From contig CAVQBA010000006.1 in assembly GCA_963710605.1 (NCBI GenBank), forward strand, positions 640,001 to 704,000: DNA of 64,000 nucleotides. Direction: 5' to 3'. Source of the stretch: an uncultured cyanobacterium (GTDB lineage Bacteria; Cyanobacteriota; Cyanobacteriia; Cyanobacteriales; Cyanobacteriaceae). Within the stretch, counting starts at the first letter, position 1. Each line of letters opens with the position of its first letter. The notes below the pieces were generated by a model. That model saw nothing but the letters and a program-made list of their open reading frames with translations. It was not told the origin of the DNA and searched no databases. The position numbers were made by a program, and so were the translations under genes. Of this stretch, positions 26,117-38,033 are shown piece after piece.

Positions 26117-26200
26117 TTTTTGTTTCCTTTATAGATCTCGCTTTTTTTTAGATTAGCAAAATTTTTTTCTCATCAGTGCAAACATAATCGACACTGATCT

Positions 26201-26314
26201 TTATCCTTGACGTTGTTTATGTTTCGGGTTGGAGCAGATTACCATTACCCTTCCTCTTCTACGAATGACACGACATTTGTCGCACATTTTTTTGACTGAT
26301 GCTCTTACTTTCAT
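26201..26314 (-). CDS. rpmJ: 50S ribosomal protein L36 (missed by the ORF track)
   Basis: Minus strand reads [37 protein letters not shown]. Confidence 0.98.
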   Translation of the reverse strand: MKVRASVKKMCDKCRVIRRRGRVMVICSNPKHKQRQG

Positions 26315-26405
26315 AATACTAGTTTGCACTGCAAGCTCTCGATTATAACAATATTTAATACTTATGTCAAACACAAGCATACTGATTTAATCTTTCGAGT
26401 TTGGT

Positions 26406-26633
26406 TTACTTTTTTCCTTTGAGTCGATAGGTGATTCTTCCTTTTGTTAAGTCATAAGGAGTTAATTCTACTTTGACACGATCGCCTGGTAGTATTTTGA
26501 TATAATTACGACGAATCTTACCTGCGATATGAGCTAAGACGTTAAAGCCGTTATCTAAATCAACTCTGAACATAGCATTAGGAAGAGATTCAGTTACCGT
26601 TCCTTCCATTTCAATCAAATCTTTTTTTGACAT
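26406..26633 (-). CDS. infA: Translation initiation factor IF-1
   Basis: [17 protein letters not shown]...[12 protein letters not shown]. Confidence 0.99.
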   Translation of the reverse strand: MSKKDLIEMEGTVTESLPNAMFRVDLDNGFNVLAHIAGKIRRNYIKILPGDRVKVELTPYDLTKGRITYRLKGKK

Positions 26634-26731
26634 AGTAATAATCCTTTATTTTATACCAGATATATTTCATCCTTATTAATCTTATCAAACCTACTTTGTC
26701 TTCACTTAAAGCCAAAAATAGAGGTAAGATT

Positions 26732-27286
26732 CTAGGATTTGACTATGGCTTTGATTTCTTGACTGACTTCGTAGGGTTGACGATTACCATCTACATTTTT
26801 AAGTAGTTGGTGTTGTTGATAATAATCAATTAAGGGAGCTGTTTGTTCACGATAGACAACTAATCTATTTTTGATTGTGTCTTCGCTATCATCTGCTCTT
26901 CCTCTTGACATCAGACGCTTGGTCACTACTTCGTCTTTTACATCTAAATTAATGACCGCATCAAATGTTTGTTCTAACTTTGTTAAAAGACCATTTAAAA
27001 AATCTGCTTGGACAACATTGCGAGGAAAACCATCAAGAATCCAACCATTTTTAGTATCACGGTGATTCAATCTTTCCTCGATTAAGTCCAAAATTAACTC
27101 GTTAGGTACCAAATTACCGTTATCAACATATTTTTTAGCTTTGATGCCCAAAGGTGTTTGTTTAGATATTGCTGAGCGTAAAATTTCTCCAGTTGAAATA
27201 TGGGGAACTTTTAACCATTCAGCAATTACCTGACTTTGAGTACCTTTACCCGCACCTGGAGCACCTAAAAATATCAGCTTAGTCAT
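26732..27286 (-). CDS. adk: Adenylate kinase (short LID)
   Basis: [15 protein letters not shown] and LDGFPR motifs. Confidence 0.98.
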   Translation of the reverse strand: MTKLIFLGAPGAGKGTQSQVIAEWLKVPHISTGEILRSAISKQTPLGIKAKKYVDNGNLVPNELILDLIEERLNHRDTKNGWILDGFPRNVVQADFLNGLLTKLEQTFDAVINLDVKDEVVTKRLMSRGRADDSEDTIKNRLVVYREQTAPLIDYYQQHQLLKNVDGNRQPYEVSQEIKAIVKS

Positions 27287-27289
27287 TTG

Positions 27290-27352
27290 TAGTTAATAGT
27301 TAGTAGTTAATAGTTAATAGTTAATAATTCATAGTTACTCGTTAACTATTAA
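27290..27352. repeat. Heptamer short tandem repeat (TAGTTAA-like STRR)
   Basis: TAGTTAA-TAGTTAG-TAGTTAA-TAGTTAA... between secY and adk. Confidence 0.75.
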
Positions 27353-27415
27353 TACTTTTTTGAGCATTGTTTTGTTGACGCTACAAACTATTAAGGCTAT
27401 CAAACTATTGACTGT

Positions 27416-28729
27416 TTATTGTTTTACCATTCCCTCATAACGTTGAGAGATGACATATGTTTGTACTTGCTTGGCAGTATCAATGGCTACCCCAACTAAA
27501 ATCAGTAAGGATGTGGCACCAAAACCTTGGAAAGTCGTTACACCTGTGGCACTTTCCACAAATGTCGGCACGATCGCTACAAATGTCAGGAAGATTGCAC
27601 CTAACAAAGTTAGACGGTTTAAAACTCCTTCTAAATAAGCGATCGTTGATTTTCCAGGGCGAATACCCGGTATGCTAGTCCCCATTTTCTTTAAGTTTTG
27701 AGCTATATCTTCAGGATTAGAAATCAAGGAAGCATAGAAATAACTAAAGAACAAAATCATGAGTGAGTAAGTAATAACGTACCAAGCTGTACCAGGGCGA
27801 AGAGCTAAAGCTACTTGATTTAAAACCGAGCTAAAGGGAGTATTTTCAGCAAAACCTGAGAGTGATGATGGTAAAACTAATACCGCCGAAGCAAAAATGA
27901 TCGGCATTACACCACCTTGATTAAGTCTCAAAGGTAGGTAACTAGTTCTTTCACGATAAAGTTTTTTGCCTACTTGACGACGAGCCGAAATAATCGGTAT
28001 TCGACGTGTTCCTTCTTGGACAAAAACAATCAACACAGTCGTTACCAAAAATACTAATAGTAAGATTAATACTTGAGCAATAGCTTGTCTTCCGCCTGTT
28101 TGAGCATAATCGATCGTATTACCTAAAGTTTGTGGTAAAACAGCTACAATATTGACGAAAATCAACAAAGATGCTCCATTACCTAAACCCCTTTCGGTAA
28201 TTAATTCAGATACCCACATAACGAACATAGAACCTGCGGTAATTGCCAAGACAGTCTCGACAACAAACCACGGACTATCTGTAGTAGCATAAGGTCTTAA
28301 TAAACCGATCGTAATCCCTGTACTTTGAATAATCGCCCAACCCAAAGCTACATAACGGGTAATTTGAGCAATTTTACGTCTTCCTGCTTCACCTTCATTT
28401 TTTTGTAAATCTTCTAGCTTAGGTAAAGCTGAAGTCATTAACTGCATAATGATAGAGGCATTAATGTAAGGTAAAATTCCTAGAGCAAAGATACCTACAG
28501 CGGCAAGACCACCACCTGTAAAAATATTTAAAAACCCAGCAATAGCACTATTTTGGAAAGCCGCTTCAAAAGCTTGACGATCTATTCCTGGAACAGGAAT
28601 ATAAATACCCAAACGAATTAAAATTAATAATCCGAGGGTAATTAGCAAACGACTACGAAGCCCAGCCGCTCCAGCCATTTGCATGAAAGTTTCTTGAGCG
28701 GTTGGAGTTTTTTCTCTACTGACAACCAT
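27416..28729 (-). CDS. secY: Preprotein translocase subunit SecY
   Basis: FALGILPYINASIIMQL, GLGNGASLLIF and IPGIRPG motifs. Confidence 0.99.
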   Translation of the reverse strand: MVVSREKTPTAQETFMQMAGAAGLRSRLLITLGLLILIRLGIYIPVPGIDRQAFEAAFQNSAIAGFLNIFTGGGLAAVGIFALGILPYINASIIMQLMTSALPKLEDLQKNEGEAGRRKIAQITRYVALGWAIIQSTGITIGLLRPYATTDSPWFVVETVLAITAGSMFVMWVSELITERGLGNGASLLIFVNIVAVLPQTLGNTIDYAQTGGRQAIAQVLILLLVFLVTTVLIVFVQEGTRRIPIISARRQVGKKLYRERTSYLPLRLNQGGVMPIIFASAVLVLPSSLSGFAENTPFSSVLNQVALALRPGTAWYVITYSLMILFFSYFYASLISNPEDIAQNLKKMGTSIPGIRPGKSTIAYLEGVLNRLTLLGAIFLTFVAIVPTFVESATGVTTFQGFGATSLLILVGVAIDTAKQVQTYVISQRYEGMVKQ

Positions 28730-28842
28730 AATCTAAATTATAAATATTAAATGAGTGACAAAATTAAAGTAATTTAATAGTCGATCGAAAAATATCCTTT
28801 TACAAGTAACACAATTGACCACTATTACTATCTTGACATTAA

Positions 28843-29316
28843 TTAGCCATTATTGTCTTGCTCATTTTTCTTTTCAGGTTGACCAATACTGCCGCCTGCG
28901 GCTTCAATTTTAGTTTGAACTGATTTACTCCAAGCCGCCGCTTTAATATTTAAAGGAATAGAGATGTCTCCACGACCTAATATTTTAAGGGGGCCGTCAT
29001 TGGCTGTAACAATTCCTGCTTCGGTTAAAGATGCCATTGTTACCTCAGAGTTAGCCTCTAAAGTTCCTAATTGATCAAGATTGATAATTGTAAAAACTTT
29101 ACGGTTAATAACTGTAAAATGCTTTAACTTAGGAACACGTCTGTAAAGGGGCATTTGACCACCTTCAAAACCGGGTTTTGTACCAGTACCAGAACGTGAT
29201 TTTTGACCTCTCATCCCAAAACCACCACTGGCACCTTGTCCAGCAGAAATACCTCTACCTATACGGCGAGGACGGTGTTTTGAGGTCGGTTTGGGTGCTA
29301 GTTTATGAAGTTTCAT
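28843..29316 (-). CDS. rplO: 50S ribosomal protein L15
   Basis: [11 protein letters not shown]...[15 protein letters not shown]. Confidence 0.99.
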   Translation of the reverse strand: MKLHKLAPKPTSKHRPRRIGRGISAGQGASGGFGMRGQKSRSGTGTKPGFEGGQMPLYRRVPKLKHFTVINRKVFTIINLDQLGTLEANSEVTMASLTEAGIVTANDGPLKILGRGDISIPLNIKAAAWSKSVQTKIEAAGGSIGQPEKKNEQDNNG

Positions 29317-29448
29317 AATAGTAATCTAATGTAGTCAATATATAAAATTGACAATTATTTAATTCGGTAATAGATCTATTTTTTCACTTAGTGAAGAAGT
29401 AACTGTCCATTGTCCATTGTTAATTGTCAATTTTTAAATAGCTTTAGC

Positions 29449-29988
29449 TTAGGAAAAAATTTGTTGTAAAGGAATATCTCTTTCTTTAGCTACGTTAGAG
29501 TAACTACGAATTTGCTCAAGCGCGTTAACCGCAGCTCTAGCGTTATTTAAAGGATTATTAGATCCTTGTTGTTTAGCTAAGATATTTTTAATTCCGGCTA
29601 ATTCTAAAACAGTACGTACCGCACCACCTGCAATTACACCAGTACCAGGAGCGGCAGGACGCATAAATACTTTTGCTCCTCCTGCAATACCTGTACTGAT
29701 ATGGGTGATAGAATCAGCTTTATTTAATCTGATCGAAATCAGATGTTTTTTACCATCAGAGACTGCTTTACGTACTGCATTAATAACGTCACCTGCTTTA
29801 CCAACGCCAACACCGACTTGTCCTTTCTCGTTACCAACAACGACAATTGCTCGGAAGCTAAGTTTTTTACCACCTTTAACTACTTTGCTGACACGACGAA
29901 TTTGGACAACTCTTTCTTGCCAAGCGTTGTCTTTTTTCTCTCTGCGTTTTCTTTGTTTGCCTTTACGTTGTTCTTGTTCTTTTGCCAT
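29449..29988 (-). CDS. rpsE: 30S ribosomal protein S5
   Basis: [15 protein letters not shown]...[15 protein letters not shown] at 29988. Confidence 0.98.
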   Translation of the reverse strand: MAKEQEQRKGKQRKRREKKDNAWQERVVQIRRVSKVVKGGKKLSFRAIVVVGNEKGQVGVGVGKAGDVINAVRKAVSDGKKHLISIRLNKADSITHISTGIAGGAKVFMRPAAPGTGVIAGGAVRTVLELAGIKNILAKQQGSNNPLNNARAAVNALEQIRSYSNVAKERDIPLQQIFS

Positions 29989-29995
29989 AATCCCT

Positions 29996-30358
29996 CTAGA
30001 AGTTAAGACCTTGTTCACGAGCGGCACTTGCCAAAGATTTGACTCTACCGTGATAAAGATTACCACCACGATCGAATACTACTTTTTCGATGCCTTGAGC
30101 TAATGCTCTTTGAGCTACTAATTTACCAACTTCAGCCGAAGCATCACAATTAGAGGTTTTTCCTAATTTTCCTTTCAATTCTTGATCAAGAGTTGATGCG
30201 GCTACTAAGGTATGTTGAGACACATCATCAATTACTTGAGCGTAGATATGTAAATTAGACCTGAATACAGCTAAACGAGGACGTTCAGATGTACCTTCTA
30301 CTTTTTTACGAACTCGTAAATGACGACGTTTAGTGAGATTTTTACGATTAATGGTCAT
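29996..30358 (-). CDS. rplR: 50S ribosomal protein L18
   Basis: [10 protein letters not shown]...[13 protein letters not shown]. Confidence 0.99.
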   Translation of the reverse strand: MTINRKNLTKRRHLRVRKKVEGTSERPRLAVFRSNLHIYAQVIDDVSQHTLVAASTLDQELKGKLGKTSNCDASAEVGKLVAQRALAQGIEKVVFDRGGNLYHGRVKSLASAAREQGLNF

Positions 30359-30360
30359 AG

Positions 30361-30900
30361 TTATTTCTTACCTGATTTACCTACTTTACGTCTGACGTAT
30401 TCACCTAGATAACGAATACCTTTACCTTTATAGACTTCAGGTGGACGAACGGCACGAATTTTAGCGGCAGTATTACCAACTAATTCTTTATCAATACCTG
30501 TAATAACTACTTCTGTGTTGCTATTAACCGCAACAGAAATACCTTCAGGCATCTGCATTTCCACTGGTTTGCTGTAGCCTACATTAAGAGTAAGTTTCGA
30601 GCCTTGTGCTTGAGCTCGATAACCAACCCCTTGTATTTGTAATTTTTTCTCAAAGCCGTTAGATACACCTTCAATCATGTTAGCGACTAAAGTACGACAC
30701 AAACCGTGTCTTTCTCTTGCTCTACGAGATTCGTTGTCACGTACAACTTTTAATTCTTCGCCCTCTTGAGTCACGGTAATAAGACCGGGTAATTCTCTAG
30801 ATAAATTACCTTTTGGCCCTTTTACATCGACGTGTAAACCGTCAATATTTACGTCAACTTTAGAGGGTATCGTGATAGGACGTTTTCCAATACGAGACAT
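30361..30900 (-). CDS. rplF: 50S ribosomal protein L6
   Basis: MSRIGKRPI...[13 protein letters not shown]. Confidence 0.99.
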   Translation of the reverse strand: MSRIGKRPITIPSKVDVNIDGLHVDVKGPKGNLSRELPGLITVTQEGEELKVVRDNESRRARERHGLCRTLVANMIEGVSNGFEKKLQIQGVGYRAQAQGSKLTLNVGYSKPVEMQMPEGISVAVNSNTEVVITGIDKELVGNTAAKIRAVRPPEVYKGKGIRYLGEYVRRKVGKSGKK

Positions 30901-30979
30901 GATTTTACTTCTAAAAAATTGTTAATTGATAATTGATAATTGATAATGTGATTTATCCTTTATCTTTTATTATTCATTA

Positions 30980-31381
30980 TTACCAGACGTAGCAGAGAAT
31001 TTCTCCGCCTACACCTTGTTTTCTGGCTTGTCTGTCAGTCATGATGCCTTGAGATGTGGAAATAATTGCTACGCCGATACCACCTAAAACTCTAGGAAGA
31101 TCTTTTTTCTTACTATATACCCGTAAACCCGGAGTACTAACTCGGCGGATATTTTGGATAATAGATTGACGATTTTTTCCTTTATATTTCAAGGATACAA
31201 CTATATTTTTGTTAACTCCTTCACCCGCTTCTTCGTAGCCATTGATGAAGCCTTCTTCAATCAATACATCAGCTATATTTCGAGTCATCCGAGTACTGGG
31301 TATATTGACTGTAAGATGACGAACGGCACAAGCGTTGCGAATACGAGTCAGCATATCTGAGATAGTGTCGTGTGCTGGCAT
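30980..31381 (-). CDS. rpsH: 30S ribosomal protein S8
   Basis: [13 protein letters not shown]...STPGLRVY...GGEILCYVW. Confidence 0.99.
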   Translation of the reverse strand: MPAHDTISDMLTRIRNACAVRHLTVNIPSTRMTRNIADVLIEEGFINGYEEAGEGVNKNIVVSLKYKGKNRQSIIQNIRRVSTPGLRVYSKKKDLPRVLGGIGVAIISTSQGIMTDRQARKQGVGGEILCYVW

Positions 31382-31410
31382 TCTTTTTTCTGTTCCTTTG
31401 TTACCTTAAT

Positions 31411-31953
31411 TTATTTATTCCGAAAGGGCATTCCCATTTCTTTTAATAACGCCCGTCCTTCTTCGTCGGTGTTAGATGTGGTGATGATGGAAATATCAAA
31501 ACCACGAATTTGATCGATACTATCGTATTCGATTTCAGGGAATATTAGTTGTTCTCTGATCCCTAGACTGTAGTTTCCTCTACCGTCAAAACTTTTAGGA
31601 CTAACACCACGAAAGTCACGAATTCGAGGTAAAGCAAGGCTGATCAAACGATCGAGAAAAGCATACATTTTTTCACCACGAAGAGTTACCATGGCTCCTA
31701 CGGGCATTCCTTCACGGATTTTAAATCCTGCGATCGCTTTTTTGGAGCGAGTAACTACAGGTTTTTGTCCAGAAATAATCGCTAGTTCACTCAGAGACGA
31801 CTCCAGTGCTTTAGCATTCTGTGATGCTTCCCCCAAACCTCTATTGATGACAATTTTGGTGACTTTGGGAACTTGATGAATGTTGGTGTAACTAAATTGT
31901 TCTTTTAATTTAGGAACAATTGTTTCTTGATAATAAGTTTTTAATCTTGACAT
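31411..31953 (-). CDS. rplE: 50S ribosomal protein L5
   Basis: LPRIRDFRG...[10 protein letters not shown]...IFPEI. Confidence 0.99.
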   Translation of the reverse strand: MSRLKTYYQETIVPKLKEQFSYTNIHQVPKVTKIVINRGLGEASQNAKALESSLSELAIISGQKPVVTRSKKAIAGFKIREGMPVGAMVTLRGEKMYAFLDRLISLALPRIRDFRGVSPKSFDGRGNYSLGIREQLIFPEIEYDSIDQIRGFDISIITTSNTDEEGRALLKEMGMPFRNK

Positions 31954-32027
31954 TACGGTAGTAATTAGTAGTAATCAAACAAACCGTTAGCTATTTTATT
32001 AAGTAATTAGAAAACTAAAATTTCAGG

Positions 32028-32384
32028 CTAATCGATTATTTCGCCAGTTTTCTTTAATTTTCTTACTTTTTTACCATCCTCTTGGATGACATAGCTAATG
32101 CGACTGGCAACTTTTTCTTTCTCAGAATAAAGCATGACGTTAGAACTGTGGATAGGAGCTTCAAATGTTGCAATTTGTCCGCTTTCTCCATCTTGAGTTG
32201 GTTTAACGTGCTTGGTTTTAACGTTTACACCTTTAACAATAATTTTACTGTCACGAGGGTTAGTACTTAATACTTCAGCAACTTTACCTTTGTCTTTTCC
32301 GGAAATGACCTGCACTGTGTCACCTTTTTTAACGTGCATTTTCAATCTAGCGATCTTGGTTGGGGCTTTTTTTAATGCTCTCAT
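32028..32384 (-). CDS. rplX: 50S ribosomal protein L24
   Basis: KOW motif [25 protein letters not shown]. Confidence 0.98.
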   Translation of the reverse strand: MRALKKAPTKIARLKMHVKKGDTVQVISGKDKGKVAEVLSTNPRDSKIIVKGVNVKTKHVKPTQDGESGQIATFEAPIHSSNVMLYSEKEKVASRISYVIQEDGKKVRKLKKTGEIID

Positions 32385-32387
32385 GTT

Positions 32388-32756
32388 TTAAATTACCTCT
32401 GGTGCTAGAGAAATAATTTTTGTGAAATTTCTGTCCCGTAACTCACGAGCTATTGGGCCAAATACACGAGTTCCTCTAGGGTTGTTATCTTTATTGATGA
32501 TTACAGCTGCGTTGTCATCAAAACGAATACTCATACCACTGTCACGGCGTAGAGCTTGTTTTGTCCGAACAATTACTGCTCTGACTATCTCAGATTTCTT
32601 AACTGTCATATTGGGGTTAGCTTCTTTAACTACGGCGACAATTACATCACCGATCCCGCCGTATGTACAGTTTCCAGTAGATAAGACTCGCAAACACATA
32701 ATTTTACGTGCACCACTGTTATCAGCTACATTGAGATAACTTTGTTGTTGAATCAT
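32388..32756 (-). CDS. rplN: 50S ribosomal protein L14
   Basis: [16 protein letters not shown]...FDDNAAV...SLAPEVI. Confidence 0.99.
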   Translation of the reverse strand: MIQQQSYLNVADNSGARKIMCLRVLSTGNCTYGGIGDVIVAVVKEANPNMTVKKSEIVRAVIVRTKQALRRDSGMSIRFDDNAAVIINKDNNPRGTRVFGPIARELRDRNFTKIISLAPEVI

Positions 32757-32813
32757 AGTCGTTAATTGGTTAGATGTGATGGGAAGTATGTGATCAATTT
32801 TGAATTGAGCTGA

Positions 32814-33062
32814 CTAAATAGCTCGACGACTAATAACCTCAGCTATTTCCCAACGTTTAGTTTTGCTAAGGGGACGAGTTTCTTTGATTCTGACACGATC
32901 GCCTTCTTGACATTCATTTTCAGGATCGTGTGCTTTGTATTTTTTAGTATTGACAACGATTTTGCCATACTTAGGATGAGGTGAGCGGTTTTCGATCGCA
33001 ACTACTGCGGTTTTATCCATTTTGTTGCTAACTACTACACCGACTCTTTCTTTTACTGCCAT
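32814..33062 (-). CDS. rpsQ: 30S ribosomal protein S17
   Basis: [11 protein letters not shown]...HPKYGK...[11 protein letters not shown]. Confidence 0.99.
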   Translation of the reverse strand: MAVKERVGVVVSNKMDKTAVVAIENRSPHPKYGKIVVNTKKYKAHDPENECQEGDRVRIKETRPLSKTKRWEIAEVISRRAI

Positions 33063-33106
33063 TGATTTTTACTTTAATTGATTGAGTATTAGTAAAAATT
33101 GCTTAA

Positions 33107-33307
33107 CTATTGTTTACTACGTTCGGTTTGAACTGTAAGTAGTTGGGCAATCCAACGCTTAGTATGTCTAAACTCATGAGGTTTTTCTAAGCGTCCAGTA
33201 CTTTGTTCGAGTCTTAATTGAAAAAGTTTTTGTTTAGCTTCGACAATCTCGGTAGCTAATTCTTGATCGTTTAATTCTCTTGCTTCTGCTATTTTTTTAA
33301 ACGCCAT
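33107..33307 (-). CDS. rpmC: 50S ribosomal protein L29
   Basis: Position between rplP and rpsQ; LFQLR...KPHEFRH...IAQLLTV. Confidence 0.97.
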   Translation of the reverse strand: MAFKKIAEARELNDQELATEIVEAKQKLFQLRLEQSTGRLEKPHEFRHTKRWIAQLLTVQTERSKQ

Positions 33308-33310
33308 TTT

Positions 33311-33727
33311 TTAGTACTCCTGCTCACGAGTGATAAATTTGGTTTTGATAGGAAGTTTTTGTGCCGCTAGACGCATTGCTTCTTTGGCTGTTGCTTCAGG
33401 AATACCCGCTATTTCAAACATGATACGACCTGGTTTAACAACTGCTACCCAAAATTCAGGATTACCTTTACCAGAACCCATCCGAGTTTCAGCAGGACGC
33501 ATTGTTACTGGTTTGTCGGGGAAAACACGAATCCAGAGTTTACCACCACGACGTACATAACGGGTGATAGCTCGTCTGGCGGCTTCAATTTGACGAGATG
33601 TAATCCAACAAGGTTCAATAGCTTGAAGGGCAAAATCACCGAAGTTGATAGTATTACCACGGTTGGCATTACCTCTCATTCTTCCCCGATGTTGTTTGCG
33701 GAATTTCGTTCTTCTTGGACTTAACAT
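33311..33727 (-). CDS. rplP: 50S ribosomal protein L16
   Basis: [11 protein letters not shown]...RMGSGKG. Confidence 0.99.
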   Translation of the reverse strand: MLSPRRTKFRKQHRGRMRGNANRGNTINFGDFALQAIEPCWITSRQIEAARRAITRYVRRGGKLWIRVFPDKPVTMRPAETRMGSGKGNPEFWVAVVKPGRIMFEIAGIPEATAKEAMRLAAQKLPIKTKFITREQEY

Positions 33728-33825
33728 AACAGTTAATAGTTAATAGTTAATAATTACTCTCTAATTAAAAATTATCTTTGAGTTATGAAAAACTAATTTT
33801 CAATTCTCAATTGAACAATTCTTAA

Positions 33826-34548
33826 TTATTCTGAGCGATCTTCAAATTTTTGACGACGAGGTTTTTTCCTTGCGGGTTTACTACGATTATCAGTAACTGG
33901 TAATGATTCTTCCCCAGGAATAATTTCCCCTTGGAAAATCCAGACTTTGATGCCTAAAATTCCATAAATAGTTTTAGCTTTTTTGTAGCTATAATCAATG
34001 TCTGCTCTCAGGGTATGAAGAGGTACACGACCTTCTCTAATCCACTCTGTACGAGCAATTTCAGCACCGTTAAGACGACCACTTACTTGAATTTTAATTC
34101 CTAATACTTCTGCTTTTTGAGCTCTTTGGATAGCTTGTCTGACTACACGACGGAAAGAAACACGTCTTTCTAGTTGTGAAGCAATAAACTCAGCCATAAG
34201 AGCGGCATTAGCATCAACATTAGTTACTTCAATTACATTGACTCTAAAGGAGCGTTGATTTTGTAATAGTGTTTGTAAATCTTCACGTATTTTTTCGATT
34301 CCCGATCCACCTTTACCTACAACCACACCAGGTCTAGCTGTATGAATAGAGAGTTCTACTTGATCTGCTTTTCTGGCAATTTTGACTTCAGCAATACTAG
34401 CGTTTGCTAAGTTTTTTTCAATATATTGACGGATTTTGTGATCTTCTTGAAGAATTTGTGGATAGTTTTTCTTATCAGCAAACCAACAGGATAAATGATC
34501 CTTGGTATAACCGAGACGAAAACCGACTGGATGTACTTTTTGTCCCAT
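33826..34548 (-). CDS. rpsC: 30S ribosomal protein S3
   Basis: [13 protein letters not shown]...[14 protein letters not shown]. Confidence 0.99.
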   Translation of the reverse strand: MGQKVHPVGFRLGYTKDHLSCWFADKKNYPQILQEDHKIRQYIEKNLANASIAEVKIARKADQVELSIHTARPGVVVGKGGSGIEKIREDLQTLLQNQRSFRVNVIEVTNVDANAALMAEFIASQLERRVSFRRVVRQAIQRAQKAEVLGIKIQVSGRLNGAEIARTEWIREGRVPLHTLRADIDYSYKKAKTIYGILGIKVWIFQGEIIPGEESLPVTDNRSKPARKKPRRQKFEDRSE

Positions 34549-34555
34549 ATTTTTT

Positions 34556-34945
34556 TTATTCAGGGTTGACTATGCTACTTGGAGCGACTGCCACTGTGAT
34601 ATGGCAAGTACGCTTACGAATTTGATAGGCACGACCTTGAGCTCTAGGGCGGTAACGTTTTAAGGTTGGACCACCATCTGCAAAGGCTTGAGATACGACT
34701 AAGTCTTTACGATCGAGACCATTATTATGTTCGGCATTCGCTGCGGCTGAACGAAGTACTTTCACAATTGGCTCACAGGCACGATAGGGCATAAATTCGA
34801 GAACAATTAATGCTTCTGAGTAGCTACGCCCTCTGATTTGATTTAATACTCGTCTTGCTTTGAATGGTGACATTCTAATATAACGAGCAATTGCTTTTGT
34901 TTGTTGAGAGGTATCTACCTCTGTTTTTTGCTTTTGTTTTGCCAT
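34556..34945 (-). CDS. rplV: 50S ribosomal protein L22
   Basis: RYIRMSPFK...RPRAQGRA...KRTCHIT; ATG at 34945. Confidence 0.98.
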   Translation of the reverse strand: MAKQKQKTEVDTSQQTKAIARYIRMSPFKARRVLNQIRGRSYSEALIVLEFMPYRACEPIVKVLRSAAANAEHNNGLDRKDLVVSQAFADGGPTLKRYRPRAQGRAYQIRKRTCHITVAVAPSSIVNPE

Positions 34946-35057
34946 GATACTGATTGCAGTAATAAGTGATGGGCTGATGTTCAAATTTATTTATTCGTTA
35001 TAAGAAGATTGCCTAATTAATGTCAATCTTAAACTTGTGAATAGATTTGATCATCGT

Positions 35058-35339
35058 TTATCTTCTGCCAGCCTTTTTGTCACCTTTAGCATGACCTCTG
35101 AAAGTACGAGTTGGAGCAAATTCTCCTAACTTATGTCCTACCATTTGGTCTGTGATAAAGATAGGAACGTGCTGACGACCATTATGAACAGCAATAGTGT
35201 GACCGATCATATCAGGAATGATAGTGGAAGCTCTTGACCAGGTTTTTAAGACTGATTTATCTCCATTTTGATTCATTTTTTCAATTTTGGAGAATAAGCT
35301 ATCGGCTACAAATGGTCCTTTTTTTAGTGAACGACTCAT
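35058..35339 (-). CDS. rpsS: 30S ribosomal protein S19
   Basis: [10 protein letters not shown]...[11 protein letters not shown]. Confidence 0.99.
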   Translation of the reverse strand: MSRSLKKGPFVADSLFSKIEKMNQNGDKSVLKTWSRASTIIPDMIGHTIAVHNGRQHVPIFITDQMVGHKLGEFAPTRTFRGHAKGDKKAGRR

Positions 35340-35420
35340 GTTTTTTCCTTACTTTGTGTTGCGGTATAAAATTATCGAAGTATTAATTAAACTCTTTTTG
35401 ATTAAAAAATCAGTAAGAGC

Positions 35421-36263
35421 TTATCTGCCTTTATTGGCATTACGACGACGAACAATATACTTGTTACTAAGTTTTTTCTTTTTACGAGTTTTCTTACCTA
35501 ATGCAGGTTGACCCCAAGGAGAAACAGGTCCTGAACGACCGATAGGCGCACGTCCTTCACCACCACCATGAGGGTGATCGCAAGGGTTCATGGCACTACC
35601 TCTGACGTGAGGTCTGATACCTAAGTGACGGGTTTTTCCAGCTTTACCTAGTTTTAGGTTACGAGCTTCGATGTTACCGACACGACCAATTGTCGCCATA
35701 CATTCTTTACGAACCATGCGAACTTCTTTGGAGGGTAAACGAAGGGTGACATAGTTTCCTTCTTTTGCCATTAGTTGAGCGAAACCACCAGCAGCACGGA
35801 CGATTTGACCACCTTTACCTTTTACCATCTCCACGTTATGAACTTCTGTTCCTAAGGGGATTTTGGCTAGTGGTAAGGCGTTACCGATTTCAAATGGAGC
35901 TTCTTCACTAGCTATAATAGTGACACCTACTTGAATTCCTGCCGGGGCGAGAATATATCTTTTTTCGCCGTCTTCATATTGCAATAGGGCAATACGAGCG
36001 TTACGATTTGGATCATATTCGATCGCTAAAACTTCTGCGTTAATGTCTAATTTGTCTCGTTTAAAATCTATAATACGATATAGTTTTTTGTGACCACCAC
36101 CACGATGACGACTAGTAATGACACCACGGTTATTACGACCTTTTTTGCGGTGTACATATTTTGTCAGTGACTTTTCGGGTTTACTTTTGGTAATTTCTGA
36201 AAAGTCAGATGATACTGCTTGTCTTCGACCGGGGGTATATGGTCTGTAAGTACGAACACCCAT
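35421..36263 (-). CDS. rplB: 50S ribosomal protein L2
   Basis: GRNNRG...[11 protein letters not shown]...[13 protein letters not shown]. Confidence 0.99.
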   Translation of the reverse strand: MGVRTYRPYTPGRRQAVSSDFSEITKSKPEKSLTKYVHRKKGRNNRGVITSRHRGGGHKKLYRIIDFKRDKLDINAEVLAIEYDPNRNARIALLQYEDGEKRYILAPAGIQVGVTIIASEEAPFEIGNALPLAKIPLGTEVHNVEMVKGKGGQIVRAAGGFAQLMAKEGNYVTLRLPSKEVRMVRKECMATIGRVGNIEARNLKLGKAGKTRHLGIRPHVRGSAMNPCDHPHGGGEGRAPIGRSGPVSPWGQPALGKKTRKKKKLSNKYIVRRRNANKGR

Positions 36264-36334
36264 AATTAAATTTGATAATTATTCAGTTGGCAATTAACAA
36301 TTCCCTTGATTTTAGAAATAATCTTGATGAAGGA

Positions 36335-36676
36335 TTATAAGTCAGGGAAGAATATGCTTTGTAAGGAATCACCTTCTGCTAAAGTAACGATCGCTTTTTT
36401 ATATTGAGATTTGTAACCAATGTATTGACCAACACGACGTTTTCTGCGTGGTTGATTCATTGTATTAACTTTAGTTACTTTGACCTCAAATAAGCTTTCG
36501 ATAGCGGCTCTAATTTCTGGTTTTTTAGCCGTTTTGACTACTTCAAACACATACTTATTTTCTTCCATCATATAGGTCGCTTTTTCAGAAACGATCGGAC
36601 GGAGAATAAGATCTGCTAGTTCACCTGTAGATTTTCTTACTTTAGTTGTTTTTCCGTATCTTGTATTACTCGCCAC
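36335..36676 (-). CDS. rplW: 50S ribosomal protein L23
   Basis: PIVSEKA...YVFEV...[10 protein letters not shown]...YKKAIVTL. Confidence 0.97.
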   Translation of the reverse strand: MASNTRYGKTTKVRKSTGELADLILRPIVSEKATYMMEENKYVFEVVKTAKKPEIRAAIESLFEVKVTKVNTMNQPRRKRRVGQYIGYKSQYKKAIVTLAEGDSLQSIFFPDL

Positions 36677-37305
36677 AGTAAACCTCCTGTATTTTAGTAA
36701 TTGCCTCAGAGGTAGCTACGATGTAATCAGCGTTTAAGATGTCATAAATATTTAAACAATCATGCTTAATTATTTTGACTGTCGGTAAATTACGAACAGA
36801 CAAGTTGAGGTTATCAGCAATAGGATCAGTTACAATTAAAAGTACTTTTTGTCCTTTTTCGATTCCCAAACGAGTAAATGCCGCTATCACTTCTTTTGTT
36901 TTAGGAGTAGATAGTTGTTCGGCAAAGTTTTCGACGACGATTAGATCTTCGCTACGGCTAATAAAAGCTGTTCTCAATGCTAATCTTCTCTCTTTACGGT
37001 TCATTTTGATGCTGAAATCTCTTGGTTTAGGAACCAAAGATGACACCACCACCACGCCATAAAGGAGAACGAATCGAACCTGCACGGGCTCTACCTGTTC
37101 CTTTTTGTCTCCAAGGTTTGCGTCCACCACCACGTACTTCAGCACGGGTTTTAGCACTAACTGTTCCTTGACGCTGATTATGTAGTTGACGAACTAAGGC
37201 ACGATGAACAATATGTTCAGCATTTTCTTCTTTAGCGACTTTCATCTCTAAAGAGGTTTCGCCTACTTGCTCTCCTTGCCAATTTTTGACTACACAATTA
37301 ACCAT
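36666..37305 (-). CDS. rplD: 50S ribosomal protein L4, split by a 1-nt insertion at ~37032 (probable sequencing error)
   Basis: [32 protein letters not shown]...GGGVIFG in one frame and [19 protein letters not shown] in the next; removing one base restores IFGPKPR. Confidence 0.95.
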
Positions 37306-37349
37306 AATGATTTTAATTAACTTTTATGTCTTATTTTTTCTTAGTTAAA

Positions 37350-38033
37350 TTACTGTTGCCCGACGATGGTTGCGGGGGTAACACTAACTAAATTTCCAGA
37401 CTTTCCGGGAATTGAACCTTTAACAATTAATAAATTACGCTCAGTGTCAATTCTGACAACTTTTAGTTTGCGAATTTTTGTTTGGGTATTACCGAATTGA
37501 CCTGCCATTTTCTTCCCTGGGTAAACACGACCAGGAGTAGTTCCTGCACCAGTTGAACCTGGTAAACGGTGGTTTTTAGAACCGTGAGTCATGTTACCTC
37601 TTTTGAAGTTATGACGTTTTTGGTAACCAGAGAAACCTTTACCGATCGATTTACCACCGATGTCAACTAAGTCTCCTTCTGAAAACAAACTAACGTTAAG
37701 ACTTTGTCCTAACTCATATTCGCTGACATTTTCTAGGCGATATTCTTTTAAATGACGCACAAGAGGAAGCCCTTTGTTGGATAAGTGTCCATACTCAGGG
37801 CTTGTCAGATATTTATTTACTTCTTTAGAAGTTTTTGTTTTCAAGGTACGTTGACGATCTGGTAGTTCGCTATAACCTATTTGCAAGGATACATAACCAT
37901 CGGTTTCTTTGGTTTTGATTTGAGTAACTGGACATGGACCTGCTTGAATGATAGTTACAGGAATTGCAACTCCTGTTTCTTGCTCAAAAATGGTCGTCAT
38001 GCCTAGTTTAGTACCGAGTAAACCTAAGCTCAC
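37350..38033 (-). CDS. rplC: 50S ribosomal protein L3
   Basis: GTKLGMT...GKGFSG...HGSKNHR...[15 protein letters not shown] start at 38033 with AGAGGGA upstream. Confidence 0.99.
   Translation of the reverse strand: MSLGLLGTKLGMTTIFEQETGVAIPVTIIQAGPCPVTQIKTKETDGYVSLQIGYSELPDRQRTLKTKTSKEVNKYLTSPEYGHLSNKGLPLVRHLKEYRLENVSEYELGQSLNVSLFSEGDLVDIGGKSIGKGFSGYQKRHNFKRGNMTHGSKNHRLPGSTGAGTTPGRVYPGKKMAGQFGNTQTKIRKLKVVRIDTERNLLIVKGSIPGKSGNLVSVTPATIVGQQ

Noticed and set aside
21565-37062. Plus-strand ORFs antisense to ribosomal protein, secY, adk and rpoA genes (similar shadows at 1616, 41251, 47092, 49276, 53309, 57615, 62375)
   Set aside because: Shadow ORFs opposite confident genes, with no recognisable motifs.
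36666-37305. Programmed ribosomal frameshift or true pseudogene in rplD (also hemE and sppA)
   Set aside because: No slippery site; these are conserved and mostly essential genes, and a single-base fix restores each frame, so sequencing error is more parsimonious.
37810-37870. ~12-aa insertion in L3 ([16 protein letters not shown])
   Set aside because: Probably a lineage-level loop extension; no sign of a mobile origin.
21445-38033. Absence of rpsJ, rpsN, rpmD and rpsD from the cluster
   Set aside because: Normal cyanobacterial organisation.
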